34,962 nt of DNA from Fonticula alba ATCC 38817 (lineage: Eukaryota > Protista > Nucleariida): NCBI GenBank assembly GCA_000388065.2, contig KB932207.1; one strand, written 5' to 3'. The stretch's first letter is position 1; the number at the start of each line of letters is the position of its first letter. A model generated the notes under the pieces. That model saw nothing but the letters and a program-made list of their open reading frames with translations, was not told the DNA's origin and ran no database searches. The translations under genes were made by a program, and so were the position numbers. This document shows, in pieces, positions 1 to 12,242 of this stretch.

Positions 1-66
1 CCCCCCCCCCCTCCGATCTCCGCCTGTCGGCTCCCTTTCCCCGTCGCGTCCACGTCCATTTCCCTG

Positions 67-830
67 ATGTTCTCCCTGCAGCTCCGGTCGGCCGCCGGCG
101 ACTCGGACCACGCCGCCCTGGAGAAGCTCCTGGCCGGCCATCCGGTTGACGCCATCGATGACACCGGGGCCTCGATTCTCCACTACACCGCGTGGTCCGG
201 CTTCACTTCGCTGCTGAGGTCCACCCTGCTGGCATTGGCCAGCTCGACGGGCCGAACGGCTGTCCCTGGGGCCACTGCTCCGGGCCCAAATGCCGATCGG
301 GTGTTTTACCGGTCCGCGGTGGGGACCTTCGCGGCTGAGACCCCCCCTCCGGCCCCCCGGCTGAAGGAGCTCCTCGAGCAGCGCACCGAGGACGGCCAGA
401 CGGCTCTGCACATGGCGGCCCTGTACGGCCGGGCCCCGGCCGTGCGCATGCTCCTCTGCCTCGGGGCCGATCCCAATGTCCAGGACAATCTTGGCGCCAC
501 CCCGCTGCATATGGCCAGCGAGTGCAAGCGCGCCACCTCCGGCTGGGAGGGCGGCGGCACCAGCGCCCCGCCGCAGCAGAACCACCTCCTCTGCGTGGCC
601 TACCTGCTGGAGGCCGGGGCTTCCACACAGCCGGAGGACCTGCTCGGTCGCCGCCCCGTGGATATGGTTTTCCTTGGCTCGCATGCCGAGCTGATCAAGA
701 TGCTGCTGGACTTCGCATCGGACGATCGTGCGTGGCGGGGCCCCTGCCTTGATTTTCGCCTCTCGGAGAGGCTGGCCCCTGTGGCCGCCCTCCGTGCCTC
801 GCCCAGCTGACGCCGTGCCCCCCTGCCTCT

Positions 831-874
<44 letters not shown>

Positions 875-1480
875 CGCGCGCGCCGCAGGTGCCAAGCTTC
901 CGACCTCTTTCTTGGCGGTGCCCGGCCAGTCGCCCACCTCGCCGCGGGCCTTCGACTCCTACGACCTGCCTTGCCTGCTGGCCAGTCCGGATGTCGGTGC
1001 GTGGCCGCGCTGCCTCTCCTCGCCGACCTGCCCCGCCCCCCCCCCCCTCTGCCCTCCATCGCCGCACCGCTCCTGACTTGCTCCCTCGCCATGCTCCCCC
1101 AGCCCGCTGGACCAGGGAGACCGTCTATCGCTGGGCCGAGCAGCAGCACCTCGCATCAATCGTCAATTTCAGCCCCTCTACCGGCATCGATGGGGCCCGG
1201 TTGTTGGCCATGTCGGACGTGTCCTTTTCGGAGCTGGTGTCCGGCGGGACGGCCAACGTCACCCGGGCTCTGGCCCAGCTGGCCGCCCTGCGTGCCTGGT
1301 ACGCACTGTTCCGTGCCTCACAGCGCCAGGTCCTGGCCATCGGTGTCTGCCCCTCGGCACCGGACCCCCTGGCATCGGCCAGCGCGTCCGGCTCTGCCAA
1401 TCAGTCCTCCAGCACCTTTAGCAGCATCGCCTCCAGTGGCCCACGGCCTTCGGCGCCCGTGAGTTTGGCCTCCATCGGCC

Positions 1481-1526
<46 letters not shown>

Positions 1527-2505
1527 AAGCACCGGGTCTCGGTCCCCCTATTCCAACTTCAGCTCTTCCATCATCGAGTTCCTGCGCCTGCCGCCCCAGG
1601 CATCCAGCACGCGGGACAGCTTCTTCCTGCGGCTGCCTTCCTCCATTCCCCGGGTGTCGACGGTGGCTTCCACCGCGCGGGTCAGCCTGCACAATGACTG
1701 TGCCTTCCCGGTGTACCTGGCGGAGGTCACCCCCCCGGCCCCCTTCAGGCCCTCCGGCATCGGCACCTCCTCCTTCTCCACGTCTGTGGCCTCCATGCCG
1801 AGCCCCACGGCATCATCGTCCTTTGCGCCGCTCACGCGTGCCACCACCTCCTCCGGATTCTCGCCCTCCACTCTCTCCGCTTCTTCCACCTCCTCGGCCT
1901 ACAGCCCCTCCTCTTCCTCCTCCTCCACCGCCTACATTCCCTCGACCTACGCGTCGTCCTACACGTCGGCCATTTCGAATGTCCCGGCCCAGCCGGAGTT
2001 CACCCTCTCGACTCCGGTGCTCGTTCCGCCCGGGACCGTGCACACGGCCACCCCCCATGAGGGGGTTATCTTCCAGGTGTCCGCTTGCCGGCCGAGCGAC
2101 CTGGTTGATGTCGCGGCCCCCCGGGTCATCGGATATCTGCGGGTGCGGTTCCCGGAAACGCGTTTCTTCTGCTCGGACGTCTTCCATCCCGAGCTGGATG
2201 CCGCCGGGGAGGCCATCCTCCGTGCTGGCGGGGCCTCGGGCGAGGAGGCGACCGCCGGCAGCGCCGACAGTGCCAAGGCCCAGTCCTTCGGCGCGCCTAC
2301 CTACACCACCACCCAGTCCTCTGGAGCCTTTGTCTCGCGCTGGTCCAGCAACTCGCAGCTTCTCAGCCCCACCGGCCCGCCCGTGTCTTCCTCTTTTGCC
2401 CCTTCGTCGGTGTCTTCGCCGGCCACGGCCGAGGCATCGGGCATGCCCCCGCCGCCCTCCTATGAGGATGTCATGGGCAACGACCTCAGCCGTATGAAGC
2501 TTTGA
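67..2505 (+). CDS. Ankyrin-repeat + SAM-domain protein with Ser/Thr-rich tail and C-terminal PPxY motif (spliced; 5' end may lie upstream of the window)
   Basis: Exons 67(or 82)-727, 889-996 and 1103-2505 join in frame through two phase-1 GTGCGT..CAG introns, giving 2172 nt (723 aa). Ankyrin motifs: DDTGASILHYTAWSG, EDGQTALHMAALYG, DNLGATPLHMA, DLLGRRPVDM. SAM-like stretch at 1105-1305: WTRETVYRWAEQQHLASIVNF..GIDGARLLAM. PPSY at 2452-2463. The sequence ctccctgcag at 72-81 looks like an acceptor, so an upstream exon is possible. Confidence 0.8.
834..871 (+). repeat. Poly-C homopolymer in an intron of the ankyrin-SAM gene
   Basis: About 38 consecutive C. Similar C or G runs lie in many introns and just upstream of the transporter ATG (~28604-28663). 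Confidence 0.9.
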
Positions 2506-2932
2506 GCCGATGTGTGGCGGCCCCTGTCCCGGGCATAGCCGGCTGGCTTTCCCGACGAGACTCCCCCCACCTGCTTCTGGCATACATTCACTCGGCAAAT
2601 GTACAACCATTCTCCCCCCTCGCTTTCCCCCGGTTTGCAGCCCTCATCAGGCAGCAAGCGGGTCTGCTGATCCTCATCCCTGGCCTGTGGCTCTCCCTCT
2701 CTCTCTTCCTCTCTGTCTTTCTCTCTCTTCCTCTCTCTCTCTCTCTCTCTCACTGTCGGCCAACTATCGTTGCATTCGTTCTAGAGATAGGGATTCGTTT
2801 TGCATTTTCGTCTGGGTGACAATGGCCATTTCTCGCGGGCGAAGACAGGAGGAGGGAAGGGGTGAGGTGTGAGAAATGCCCGGAAGTGTGGATGCATCTG
2901 CCGACGGGCGGCAGACGAGCACAGGAGCTGGC

Positions 2933-4956
2933 CTACATGGCGCTCTGAAGGGCGCTCAGACGCTCCAGACGCATCTCGGACTGGCGGATGCCGGCGGCCG
3001 CGGGGTTTGCCTCGAAAATCGACCCGGCCGAGGGGGCCACCATGGCAGCAAACATGTCGCGCAGGTGGGGGCTCAGCTTGGCCATCGCCGAGCCAGGCAC
3101 AATGCCGGCCGGCGGGGTGGGCTGCGGGTCGGGGCGCTTGGCGGTCGGCTCCGGGGCCGGCTCGCCGAGCAGGGCCTTGACCATCCAGTGGCGGTACTTG
3201 GCCAGCTTCTCCTGCGGACCGTGGCGTTCGTGGTCAGGAGGCCATCAAGGGGACGAGCGGGAAGGGGGGGGGGGGGGGGCAAGTGCTTTTCGGGCAGAAA
3301 AAGGGCGTACATTCTGGGCGAGGGTCTTGGCAGCGCGATCAGCCAGATCATAGTCATCATCTGGACGCGCGAGGGGGAGCAGAGATGGTGGGAGAGCGGG
3401 GCAAACAAAGAGGCCACCGAAAGTCAGAGGGCTGAGAGGCGGCAAAGGGACGCCCGGGAGCAGGAGTCAAACGACGCACAGGTGGCATTGAGCATCCGGA
3501 GATGAAGGTTACCAGCGGGGCCGAGAGCATCAACCAGAGCGGCAGCAGCCTCGTCGTTGTACTGGTTGTCTACGCGTCGTCATGGGGGCAATTTGCCGGT
3601 CCAGGGGCCTGAGAGAGAGAGGAGCGGGGGGGGGGGGGGGGGGAGAAGGAAAGGCCGGAACGCACAGTTGATCGAGAGCATGGTCAGGCCGGAGGAGTAG
3701 TTCTTCAGGGACTCGGCAATCGCCAGGACACCGGCGTTCTCGATGGAATTGACTGTGTGCGGGCGTGCGCGTCACATGCGAGAAGGAGGGAGAGGAAGGG
3801 AAACACAGACCAGGTGGCGGCGCGGGGGCGATTAATTAGCGGCGAAGCGCAGGCGGAGGGCACGGTGCCTGGGGCACCCTACGCACAGGTCAGGACCACC
3901 GACTGGAGGACGCCACTCTTGGCGATCAGGTCAGCGATGGACACGGCGCCCTGGTCGCCGATCTGGTTGTCTGATCGTGGGGATTGGTTAGTAGCTGGGA
4001 GGGCCGGGCTCGGCAATGGGCCGCACGGGGGGCAGGGGACAGGGCCACATACTGGACAGGTTGAGGATCGACAGGCTGGAGAGGCCATCGTTGGCGGCAG
4101 ACACCAGGGGCTCGGCAATGGTGCACAGCTCCGGGTCGGCGAGGGAGCAATCTGGCCGCGAGGAGAGGAAAGCACAGGGGAGTCCCTCTGTCAGTGGTGG
4201 GCAGGGAGATCATATGCCCGGTGGACTGGCGGACGAACCACTGAGAGTCAGGAAGCGCAGACGGCGCTGGGCCTGGGCCGAGAGACGCGAGTCAGTGCTG
4301 TAGATCGAGGACACGGAAAGGGACTCCAGGTAGGCCTTGGAGTTGAGGGCATCCGCGCGGATGATGGCCGCGATGGCCTCCGAGCAAGGGCGGCTGATGG
4401 GAACGCCTATTCGCAGTCGAGGCGGCGCAAGAGGAGGGGGCCGTGCACGTAGGTGCATGCATGGACGCATGTGCATGTGTGAATGCATATTTGTGTTGCT
4501 GTGAGTCGATATCCCGCGAGGGGGGGGGGGGGACGGGGCGGGGGAAGGGCGCCCGGGGCCGGGTGCGTACCCTCGAAGTTCAAGAGCTCCGGGCGGAGCT
4601 GCGAGATGAGCGAGCCAAACTCCTGCCACTGGCTGGGGGTGGGGGCCTCGTCTGAGAGGCGTGTACAGGCCCCGCCAGGGGAAGAAGCAGCGGCAGGGAG
4701 CGAGGACGGGGGTCAGCAGCACAGTCAAAACCCGAGAGGGAAAGAGAGGGAGAGAGAGAGAGAGAGAGTGGGCAAGCTCAGGGGCGCTTCGAGCGGGCCA
4801 CGCACCGGCCTCATCGATGGGCTGGTTGACAATGACAGCGGCGATGCGCTGGGCCGGCTCCTCGGACCGACGAAGGAAGTCCGCGACCGCGGTCAGGCCA
4901 GCGCGCGAAGCCGAAACAACAAGCGACTTGTCGCAGGTGGTAGCAATGGAGGCCAT
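2933..4956 (-). CDS. Ribonuclease-inhibitor-like leucine-rich repeat protein (9 exons, ~362 aa)
   Basis: Exons (minus strand) 4956-4806, 4651-4571, 4406-4239, 4151-4053, 3970-3887, 3752-3666, 3569-3480, 3360-3311 and 3211-2933 sum to 1089 nt, in frame. RI-type repeats: LSILNLSNNQIGDQGAVSIADLI, LQSVVLTFNSIENAGVLAIAESL, LTMLSINYNQYNDEAAAALVDAL. An extra upstream exon near 5120-5286 is possible. Confidence 0.8.
3987..3993 (-). other. Canonical TACTAAC branch point in an LRR-gene intron
   Basis: GTTAGTA on + is TACTAAC on -, 16 nt upstream of the CAG acceptor ending at 3971. This independently supports the exon model. Confidence 0.7.
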
Positions 4957-5711
4957 TCTGGGAGACAGGCGCAGGGGGCAGGAGCAGGAGGATGGTGCCA
5001 AGGGGAAAGGAGGGGACAGTCGGGGCGGGAGCGGGAGCGCGAGCGGGGGGGGGGGGGGGGAGGGCAGGGGGGGTGCCTCCTGCCCGCGGACCAGCCCTCG
5101 GGCCTGCCTTGGGAAAAATACCCAGGGACTCCTGTTGGGGGAACCCCTTCCGGCCGCGGAAGCCGCGTCCTGGGTCACGCCCGGGGCAGCAGACGTGCCT
5201 TGCGTGTCGGGGCACTCCACGTCCCCCGGGCCGCTCCCAGCGGCGGCGGCAGCGGCTAGCCCAGCTCGGGGGGCCTGGAGGGGCATGCCGCAAGCACACA
5301 GGGGGGGGGGGGGGAGACAGCGACCGCCTCCCGGGGGCTGGCACGGGCAATCGGCTGCCGGCTGTCGGCTGCCAACGCTAGGGTGCCTAGATGTGTTTTC
5401 TTTTGCCTCGCGCGCCGGGCTGGTCCGGGGACAGGATCCTCCCGGGCCCGAGATGCCTGCGCGATGGGGGATCTCCTCTGCGCCGGGAGGACTGGGGGAG
5501 CGCGTGCATGCTTTTTTTTCCGGCGCGCCGATCCGCCCGGCTGCCAGCCCGTCTTATGCCCTCCCCCCCCCCCCCCCCCATCTTCTGGGGTCTCCCTTCA
5601 CGCCAGCCCCCGCCCGGATCTACACACACACTCCTCTTCTCCTGCTTTCCCCCCGTCCCTTTTGTCTTTGCCTCCCTTTGCGCCCCCCTGTCGCATTTGG
5701 TGACCGGCGAC

Positions 5712-6056
5712 ATGGCCACCTCGAACGACCCCGGCTCGCCGCAGTCGCTCTTTTCCCTGCGCTCGGTCACCTCCTCTCGGCTCTCTATCCGGAACTCCTT
5801 CGTCGGGGGAGGCGGCGGCGGTGCCGGGGGCAGCGGCAGTGCCGGCGGCGCCCCGTCCCGATCGGAAGGGCTCTTCTCGTCGACCTCCGGCTTCGGCTCG
5901 CCCACCTTTGCCTCCTTTACTGGGGGCTCCAGCGGGGGCTCCAGCCAGACACCTGGTGCCGGCTCGGGTCCCGGTGTCGGTGGCACCCCCCACTTGGGGG
6001 ACTCCTTCTGGTCGGAGTATGCGGCTGGCGTCTACTTCCTCCGCAGGTTCGTCGCT

Positions 6057-6105
<49 letters not shown>

Positions 6106-8056
6106 GCCCTCCGGGCTGATCCCTCCCATCCGAAGCTTGGCCCGCAGGCTCTGACACTTTCGGCGCGCCTTCGGCTCCATACCGACCACACGGCTGGGCC
6201 AGGCGCATGCTGCGCCGGCCTGATATCCCGCGGGCGCGTGCCCAATTCCTGAGGGTCCTTCTGGGGAGCGACCACCCGACCGGCAGGCCGGCAGATGCAC
6301 CGCACCCCTTTGACCTGCGTGCGGCTTGGGAGTCCGAGTACCCGATGCTCGCGGGGCTTGCCTGCCTGTCGCTGGCTCGTGCCAGCACCGATCACCTGCC
6401 TGACCCGGTCCCGATCCTGGCTGCTGGTATGCCCGTCGGCCTGCTGGCCGGCATCCTTGGCCACCGCCCCTGCCCCTTCCCGCCCGATTGTCCTCCCTCC
6501 CTCGCTCTGTGTGTCTGACCTTTGCTTCTTCTTCGCCATCCACGTAGCCAACCGCTTTGCACTGGCGCACCGCGATGCCTCAGCCGCACCGCTAGGCAGC
6601 AGTAGCGCCGGCCTGGCGGCAGGCCCCGGGCGCAGCTGCACCGGTTCCCAGGCCACCACCCTCGGCCCCGACGCTCTGGACGCTTGTGATCTCTATCTTC
6701 TTGCGGCCTATGTTCGTCGATTCACCGCTCCTTGCCTCCCCGCCCTCCTCCTCGTGCCTCATGCTGCCACCCTTTCGCCCCTCTTACACACACACACACA
6801 CACACACAACTGCCCATTCCGATGCTTGGGTAGCTCTTTGCCCGGCGCCAGGCCGTGTACCTGGCGGTTTACTGCCACACCATGTGCGCAGATCTCATTG
6901 AGGTATGGGTGTTCGTGTGTTGTACACACGCACACACACACACACACACAATGCCCTGTTCTCCTTCCCCCCTTTCTCTTTGGATTCCTGTCTTTCTGTG
7001 CTTTTCTCGCCCTCTCTCTCTCTCTCCCCTGACACCTTGACCAACCTTGTGAGGGCAGCGTTCGGGCCAATCCGCTCTCGCTGGTGATCACTATGCAGTG
7101 GCTCTGCGTTTGCTTCTATTGCCGTGCTATCTCCATCGGGCAGCTTCACTGCCGAGTCTCTTCAACTTCCACCAGAAGTCCCTGCCTCCCTTCGATGTGA
7201 CGCGGCTCTCGTCGCCCTTCCGGGCGCTCGCTGGGCGCCTGGCCGCCCGGCGAGCCTGGCTGCTGGCGGCCAACTTCACCGGCACTTCGACGGGATGCAC
7301 TTGTGCCGGGTGTCCGTGCTGCGTGTGCGGCCCTGCCGGCCTCGGGGGCCTGGCCGGACAAGCGGTCTCCCCAGCGACCAGCCTTGTTCCCCGGCAATGC
7401 CTGGCCCCGGGGGACTTTGTTTCGGCTCCCGTGGCGACTGTCGGGGCCCTGCTGGATGTGGTCCCTGTGGGCCTCGTCGCTGGCTTCTTCCGCGAAGCCA
7501 ACTTCTCGGAGGAGGCTCGCGCGGCCCTGCTCTTCGCTCTGTATGATGCATGTCTCGTGCATGGGCGTGCGTTGCCATAATCCACCCCTTTCCTTCTTTC
7601 CTTGTTTCCCGGCTCTGAGGTCCCCTTACATGCCCTCGCTCGAAAATGCCCCTGGCTTCTTCCCGTGCACCTGTCACCCTTGCATACACGCACACACACA
7701 CACACACACACGCATGCGCACATCGCACGCATGAACCGGAACATGGGTGTGCGCACCATCAGCCGGCCCCGCAGGCACCTCCTGGCTCGCTAGATTTACC
7801 GTGGCCCGACGTCTGCTCGGCGCCACTGGCCACACATCAATTCGCTCGATCATCCAAGGGCATCAAGCGGGCCAGCCACCGGAGTTGCTTCCTCACCCGG
7901 CCGGCCCTGATGCCCCAGCTCGCGATGAATACTCCATGTTCTCGCTGACCCCCTCGGTCGAGGCCCTTTACTCACCCATGATCCCGACCGTACGTCAATA
8001 CGCATCGCCACAGGCACATGCTGCACACGCTGCATACACTGCACACGCTGCGCACG

Positions 8057-8100
<44 letters not shown>

Positions 8101-8184
8101 ACACAGACACATGAGGGGCAGTTTCACGCCATCGGGGGATGATCGCCTGCGCTTCTCCCCCGCGCCCCCCTCTGTCTATCTATC

Positions 8185-8242
<58 letters not shown>

Positions 8243-8680
8243 CTCCCTTGTCCCTTATGACAGACCCCCCCTGAGGTCGCTGCTGCCCTGCGCACTTTGT
8301 GGTTTGATTTGGGCCTGGCCGACTCCGACTGGTTCCTTGGCGGTCCGGCGGTTGCCCATGCCGGGCTTAGCTCCGAGGATGTGATCGCCCGGCAACAGGC
8401 TTTCGACTTCGGTTCCCCCCTGGGGCCATTGCTGAGGCTATGCTGCCCGGCTGATTGCGCGACTCTGCTGTCTCAGTCGGGTCTCTTCCCGGAGGAAACT
8501 CTCCCCTCGAGCCGCATGGCCAGCGATCTGGCTGATGCTTTTGCTCCCCTCGGTGGACGGGCCCCGGGATTTGTTCTCCAAACGATGTCCCCCAGCGGCG
8601 GGTGTCCCAGCGTTTGGGCGTCACTGGCTCGCGCCCTGTATGCTGTGGTGGCGGTTTGCAGCCACCTTGACAGTGAGTAG
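5712..8680 (+). CDS. Hypothetical protein, ~622 aa, Gly/Ser-rich N-terminus, no recognised domain
   Basis: Proposed exons 5712-6046, 6203-6426, 6548-6711, 6852-6902, 7059-7540, 7794-7989 and 8264-8680 sum to 1869 nt, in frame with no internal stop. Donors are GTTCGT, GTATGC, GTTCGT, GTATGG, GTATGA and GTACGT. Most introns contain microsatellites. The acceptors at 6202 and 7058 were chosen to keep the frame, and the stop is less certain because of a GTGAGT at 8673. Confidence 0.6.
8020..8100 (+). repeat. 9-bp tandem repeat (GCTGCACAC x5) running into a (CA)n microsatellite, intronic
   Basis: gctgcacac gctgcatac actgcacac gctgcgcac gctgcacac, followed by (ac)n, within intron 7990-8263. Confidence 0.8.
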
Positions 8681-8844
8681 CCCACTCAGCATCTCCTCTC
8701 TCCTTCTCGCCTGTCTCTGGCTTTCGCCGCTTCAAATATCAACACCCCAAAAGCCATTCCATTCAACGATATCATCGTAACGTGAGACTGTTCCCTTCTT
8801 CAGGGTACTATTCTGCCTCCTTCTTCCTTCTTCCGCGTCCCTGT

Positions 8845-8872
8845 GTTTGTATGTATGTATGTATGTGTATGC

Positions 8873-8922
<50 letters not shown>

Positions 8923-8962
8923 AGGTGCGTATGTCTGTGTGGCAGTGTGTGTGTGTGTGTGC
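8845..8962 (+). repeat. Compound (GTAT)n/(GT)n microsatellite between the convergent orphan gene and UBA2
   Basis: Directly visible. It reads (AC)n on the UBA2 sense strand. Confidence 0.9.
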
Positions 8963-9018
8963 GCTCGCGTCAATGTGCATCTGGGGGTTTGTGTATTTCT
9001 ACCATCCAAGGAGGAGGC

Positions 9019-12001
9019 TCAAGTGTGGCGCCGCTTACTGGCAGGACTGGCAGCAGCAGCATCACCATCGTCCTCGACAGGGGCCTTGCGTTTGCCAGTC
9101 GAGGTGTCAGCTGTCAGTTCAATGGCGTCCCCATCATCCAGCAGGATGACATCGCCATGGTCATTGCCCGGGCCGGAGGCAATATCCCCTGCCGGGGACT
9201 GGGGCTCCTCATTGTCGTGGCTCTCAGCCGGGCGCGGCTTGGCGGGGAGATCCACCGGGACCGCTGGACGCCCGGTGGCAGCCACAAGCAACTGACTCTC
9301 CTGAAGGTCGGTCCTGTTTTCATCCGCTGTATTAGTCACTGTGTCGTGGGTCCTTGAACGGAAGGGGGGGGGGAGGGAAGCGGGGAGCAAAGAGGGGGGA
9401 ACGTGGACCCAAGGGGGGGGGGAGGGGAGAGAGAGAGAGAGCAAAAACGCACACGTGCTCGACGAAAAGCTCGGCCTGGCGCTCGCCCAGGTCATCCTCC
9501 ACCAGGATGAAGGTATTCTCATCAATGCCAAGTGTGGCCAAGGTGGAACCATGGTTGGAGTCGAAGTCCGCATCAGCCAGCAGTCTAGCCGCGCATTCCG
9601 AGAGGAAGGTCAGGGGAGATGCCAAGAGGAGGCAGTAGCTCAGGCATTTCTGCGGGCGAGAAGCAGCAGTGCCGAAGGCGGCGGCGGCGGCGGCGACGGC
9701 GCTGGGCAATCGGGACCGGGCACCGGAGAAGGGCATGGTTGTCACACGTACCGCGCCTCATCGTTCTGAGACGAAGACACCGAGACTGAGGGATCCTCGA
9801 GTTCCAGCTGCTCCTGCAAGCTGGTCCGGATGAAATCCTGAGGAAGGACGCCACGACAGCGGTCAATATGCTGGGCAAAAGGGCACACGACGGAAAGGGG
9901 GCATGGTCGCAGGAGGCACGTACGCCGAGCCGGGCAACTTTCAGGTCACACCGGAGGACCAGCTTCGTGGGGCCCTGGCAAGCGAGGCAATCCGGCTTGG
10001 GGGGAGCCGGGCGCTCCTTGGACATGAGCCGCGCCCGGCCAGGGCCCTGGACCAGGTACGTGGTGCGTGAAGAGGGGGCCAGGCCGGGCCCAGCATCGGC
10101 CGCTCGCGGTGGGCCGGTCAACAAGGCAATGATCTCCAAGACCGCCTGGCCAGACACAATGGCTAGCCGGAGGTGTGGATGCAGGTGTGAGCCGACATGC
10201 GCCGGTGGCGGCGCAAAAGGAGCAAAAGTGGGGCAGAGGAAAGGCAAAGGGCCATGGGAGGGGGCCGAAGGGGGTGTGGCCGCGGCCAAATGGGCCCCGG
10301 GCAAGTCGGCGCACCATTGGTGGTGGCAATGGCCGGGATGATGTTCCCGGCGATGGACCGAGCGCGGAAGCGCGACTGCGGCGTGATGCCAAAGCAGATC
10401 ATGCGCAGGTTGGCCGCGGCGCAGACGAAATCCATCATCAAGTCGTCATCCTTGTCGAAGGCCAAAGCCTCGGCCTCGGGAGCGGCACTGGCGGGTCACC
10501 AGCCCCACAGAGGGAGAAGGGGAGAAGGAGAGTCAGATCGCGGGGAAAGGTCTCGAGGAGGAGCCCCACCTGGCCAAAAAAAAAAGGGCACCAGCCAGCC
10601 AAGCCGCTTGGGAAATGGGGGGGGGGGGGGGGGGGACGTGTCGTACCAGGATACACGCAGGGCCAGTTGCTGCATGGAATCCAAGAAGACGATGGCATTT
10701 TCGGCGACACTCCAAACCTGCTGGTCGCCCACACCGCCGGAGGCCGCACGCATCAGGACCCGGCCACCGGAGTGGTGGTCATTCCCGGACTCCAGGGGCA
10801 GCAGCTGGTCAATGTCCAGGGGGGTCGGGGGGGTCCGGCCGGATTCCGGCGCCCACAGAGCCTCCAGGGCCAGCAGGCGGTCGATGTCCCCGCGGAAAAG
10901 GTGATCAAAGAGGCGCCGCCGGGCGGCATGCGTGTCGGACAGCATGTCCGCTCGGAGGGCGGCCACCGCGCGATTCTCCGCCAGCAGGGCCTCCAATTCG
11001 TCGGCGCCGGCGGCGTCCAGTTCGCCCGGGGCGCCGGAGGGCGCGGCCTCCTGGCGTCGGCGCTCCACCGCCGCCTCAAGCTCGCGCGTCTCGGCAGCCG
11101 TCTCGGCCGGCGAGCCGAACAGCTGTGGCAGCAGGAAGTCCTTGGCCCACACCAGGCAGTGGATTGGCAGCGACGGGGTGCTGCGGATGGTGCACACGGG
11201 GAAGGACTTGCTCGGCGGGGGAGGCGTGCAGTCATAGCATTCGGACTGGCCGCCGGCGATGACGCTCACCTGGCCAAGGTAGCCCGTGGTGCCGGACTCG
11301 ACTGGAAGTGGCCGCGGTGCAAGGGTCCGGGAAGGTTAGCAGTCGACATGACGTAGGCACGGGGGGGGGGGGGGGGGGGGCCCGCCATCCGGCCGGAGGG
11401 AGCATCGTTGATGAGGGCGCACCGAGGGGCACCCCGGCAGCCATGCACATGCGATTCACATGGCGCCGGGCCGGGATGTTGTCCAGGGCGCCGATGACCA
11501 CGTCGAAGCGCCGGAAGAAGGAGATCCCATACTGGCTCATGTCCAGGATGGACCCCAGGTGGGGGTGGAGCTTGCCGGCCAGCGCAGGCTGGAACTTCAG
11601 GGCCGACTGGCAGGCGGTCTGGCGGGCGGTGGAAAGGCGAGCAATGGGAAGGGCAGGAGCAAGAGGAGGGGGGCCGATGGATGGAGGTCAGCTGCGGCAC
11701 ACCAAGGGGCCGGCGTGCGTGTTGGCGCAAGCGCCGGACGGACCGTGGACTTTGGCAGACCCACATGCTCGCGCTGGAAGAGGAACTGCCGGTTGAGGTT
11801 GCTCAGGTCGATGGTGTCCAGGTCAATGACATCGATGGAGCCGCGCGGGCCGGACGCAAAGCCAGCCAGCACCAGGTTCTTGAGAATCTCGCAGCCGATG
11901 CCGCCGGCCCCGACCATGAGCAGCCGGGCGTCCGTCAGCCGGGCCAGATCCGTCTGGCCCAGGAGACGCTGCAAGTCCTGCAGCAGGTGAGGGACGCTCA
12001 T
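9019..12001 (-). CDS. UBA2: SUMO-activating enzyme E1 subunit 2 (SAE2/Uba2), spliced
   Basis: Adenylation motifs [17 protein letters not shown] and [16 protein letters not shown], then [15 protein letters not shown] and [12 protein letters not shown]. Zn ligands CYDC and PKPDCLAC. Catalytic-Cys motif [39 protein letters not shown] and [13 protein letters not shown]. Ubiquitin-fold domain ([18 protein letters not shown]). C-terminal SIM-like DVILLDD and basic NLS-like KRKAP..SKRR. Confidence 0.95.
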
Positions 12002-12242
12002 GGAGAAAGAGACAGGGAGACAGACAGAGAGGGGGAGGAGGAGAGAGGCAAAGGGAGGACACTGGGCGCAGGTGAGGCAGGGGGCCGAGGACGGGCAGGC
12101 AATTCCCAGGGGCCCCCGGCAGTCCGCCCTCCGGGCCGGGTTCTCTTCATATGCCGGCGCCCCGTTCTTGGCGGATGGCCGTTGCCGCTGCCGGCCCTCC
12201 CCGCGACCCGGTTCTCCGGGACGCTGGCGCGCACGCCCCCCC

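Noticed and set aside
67-4956. Adjacent ankyrin and LRR genes as an NLR-like immune cluster
   Set aside because: No NACHT/NB-ARC or other STAND NTPase is visible, and both repeat types are common enough to neighbour by chance.
8780-9357. Plus-strand ORFs with hydrophobic-looking segments (8782-9357, 8843-9295) as possible extra exons of the orphan gene
   Set aside because: They are antisense to the well-supported last UBA2 exon (SIM-like and NLS-like motifs) and begin in a (GT)n repeat.
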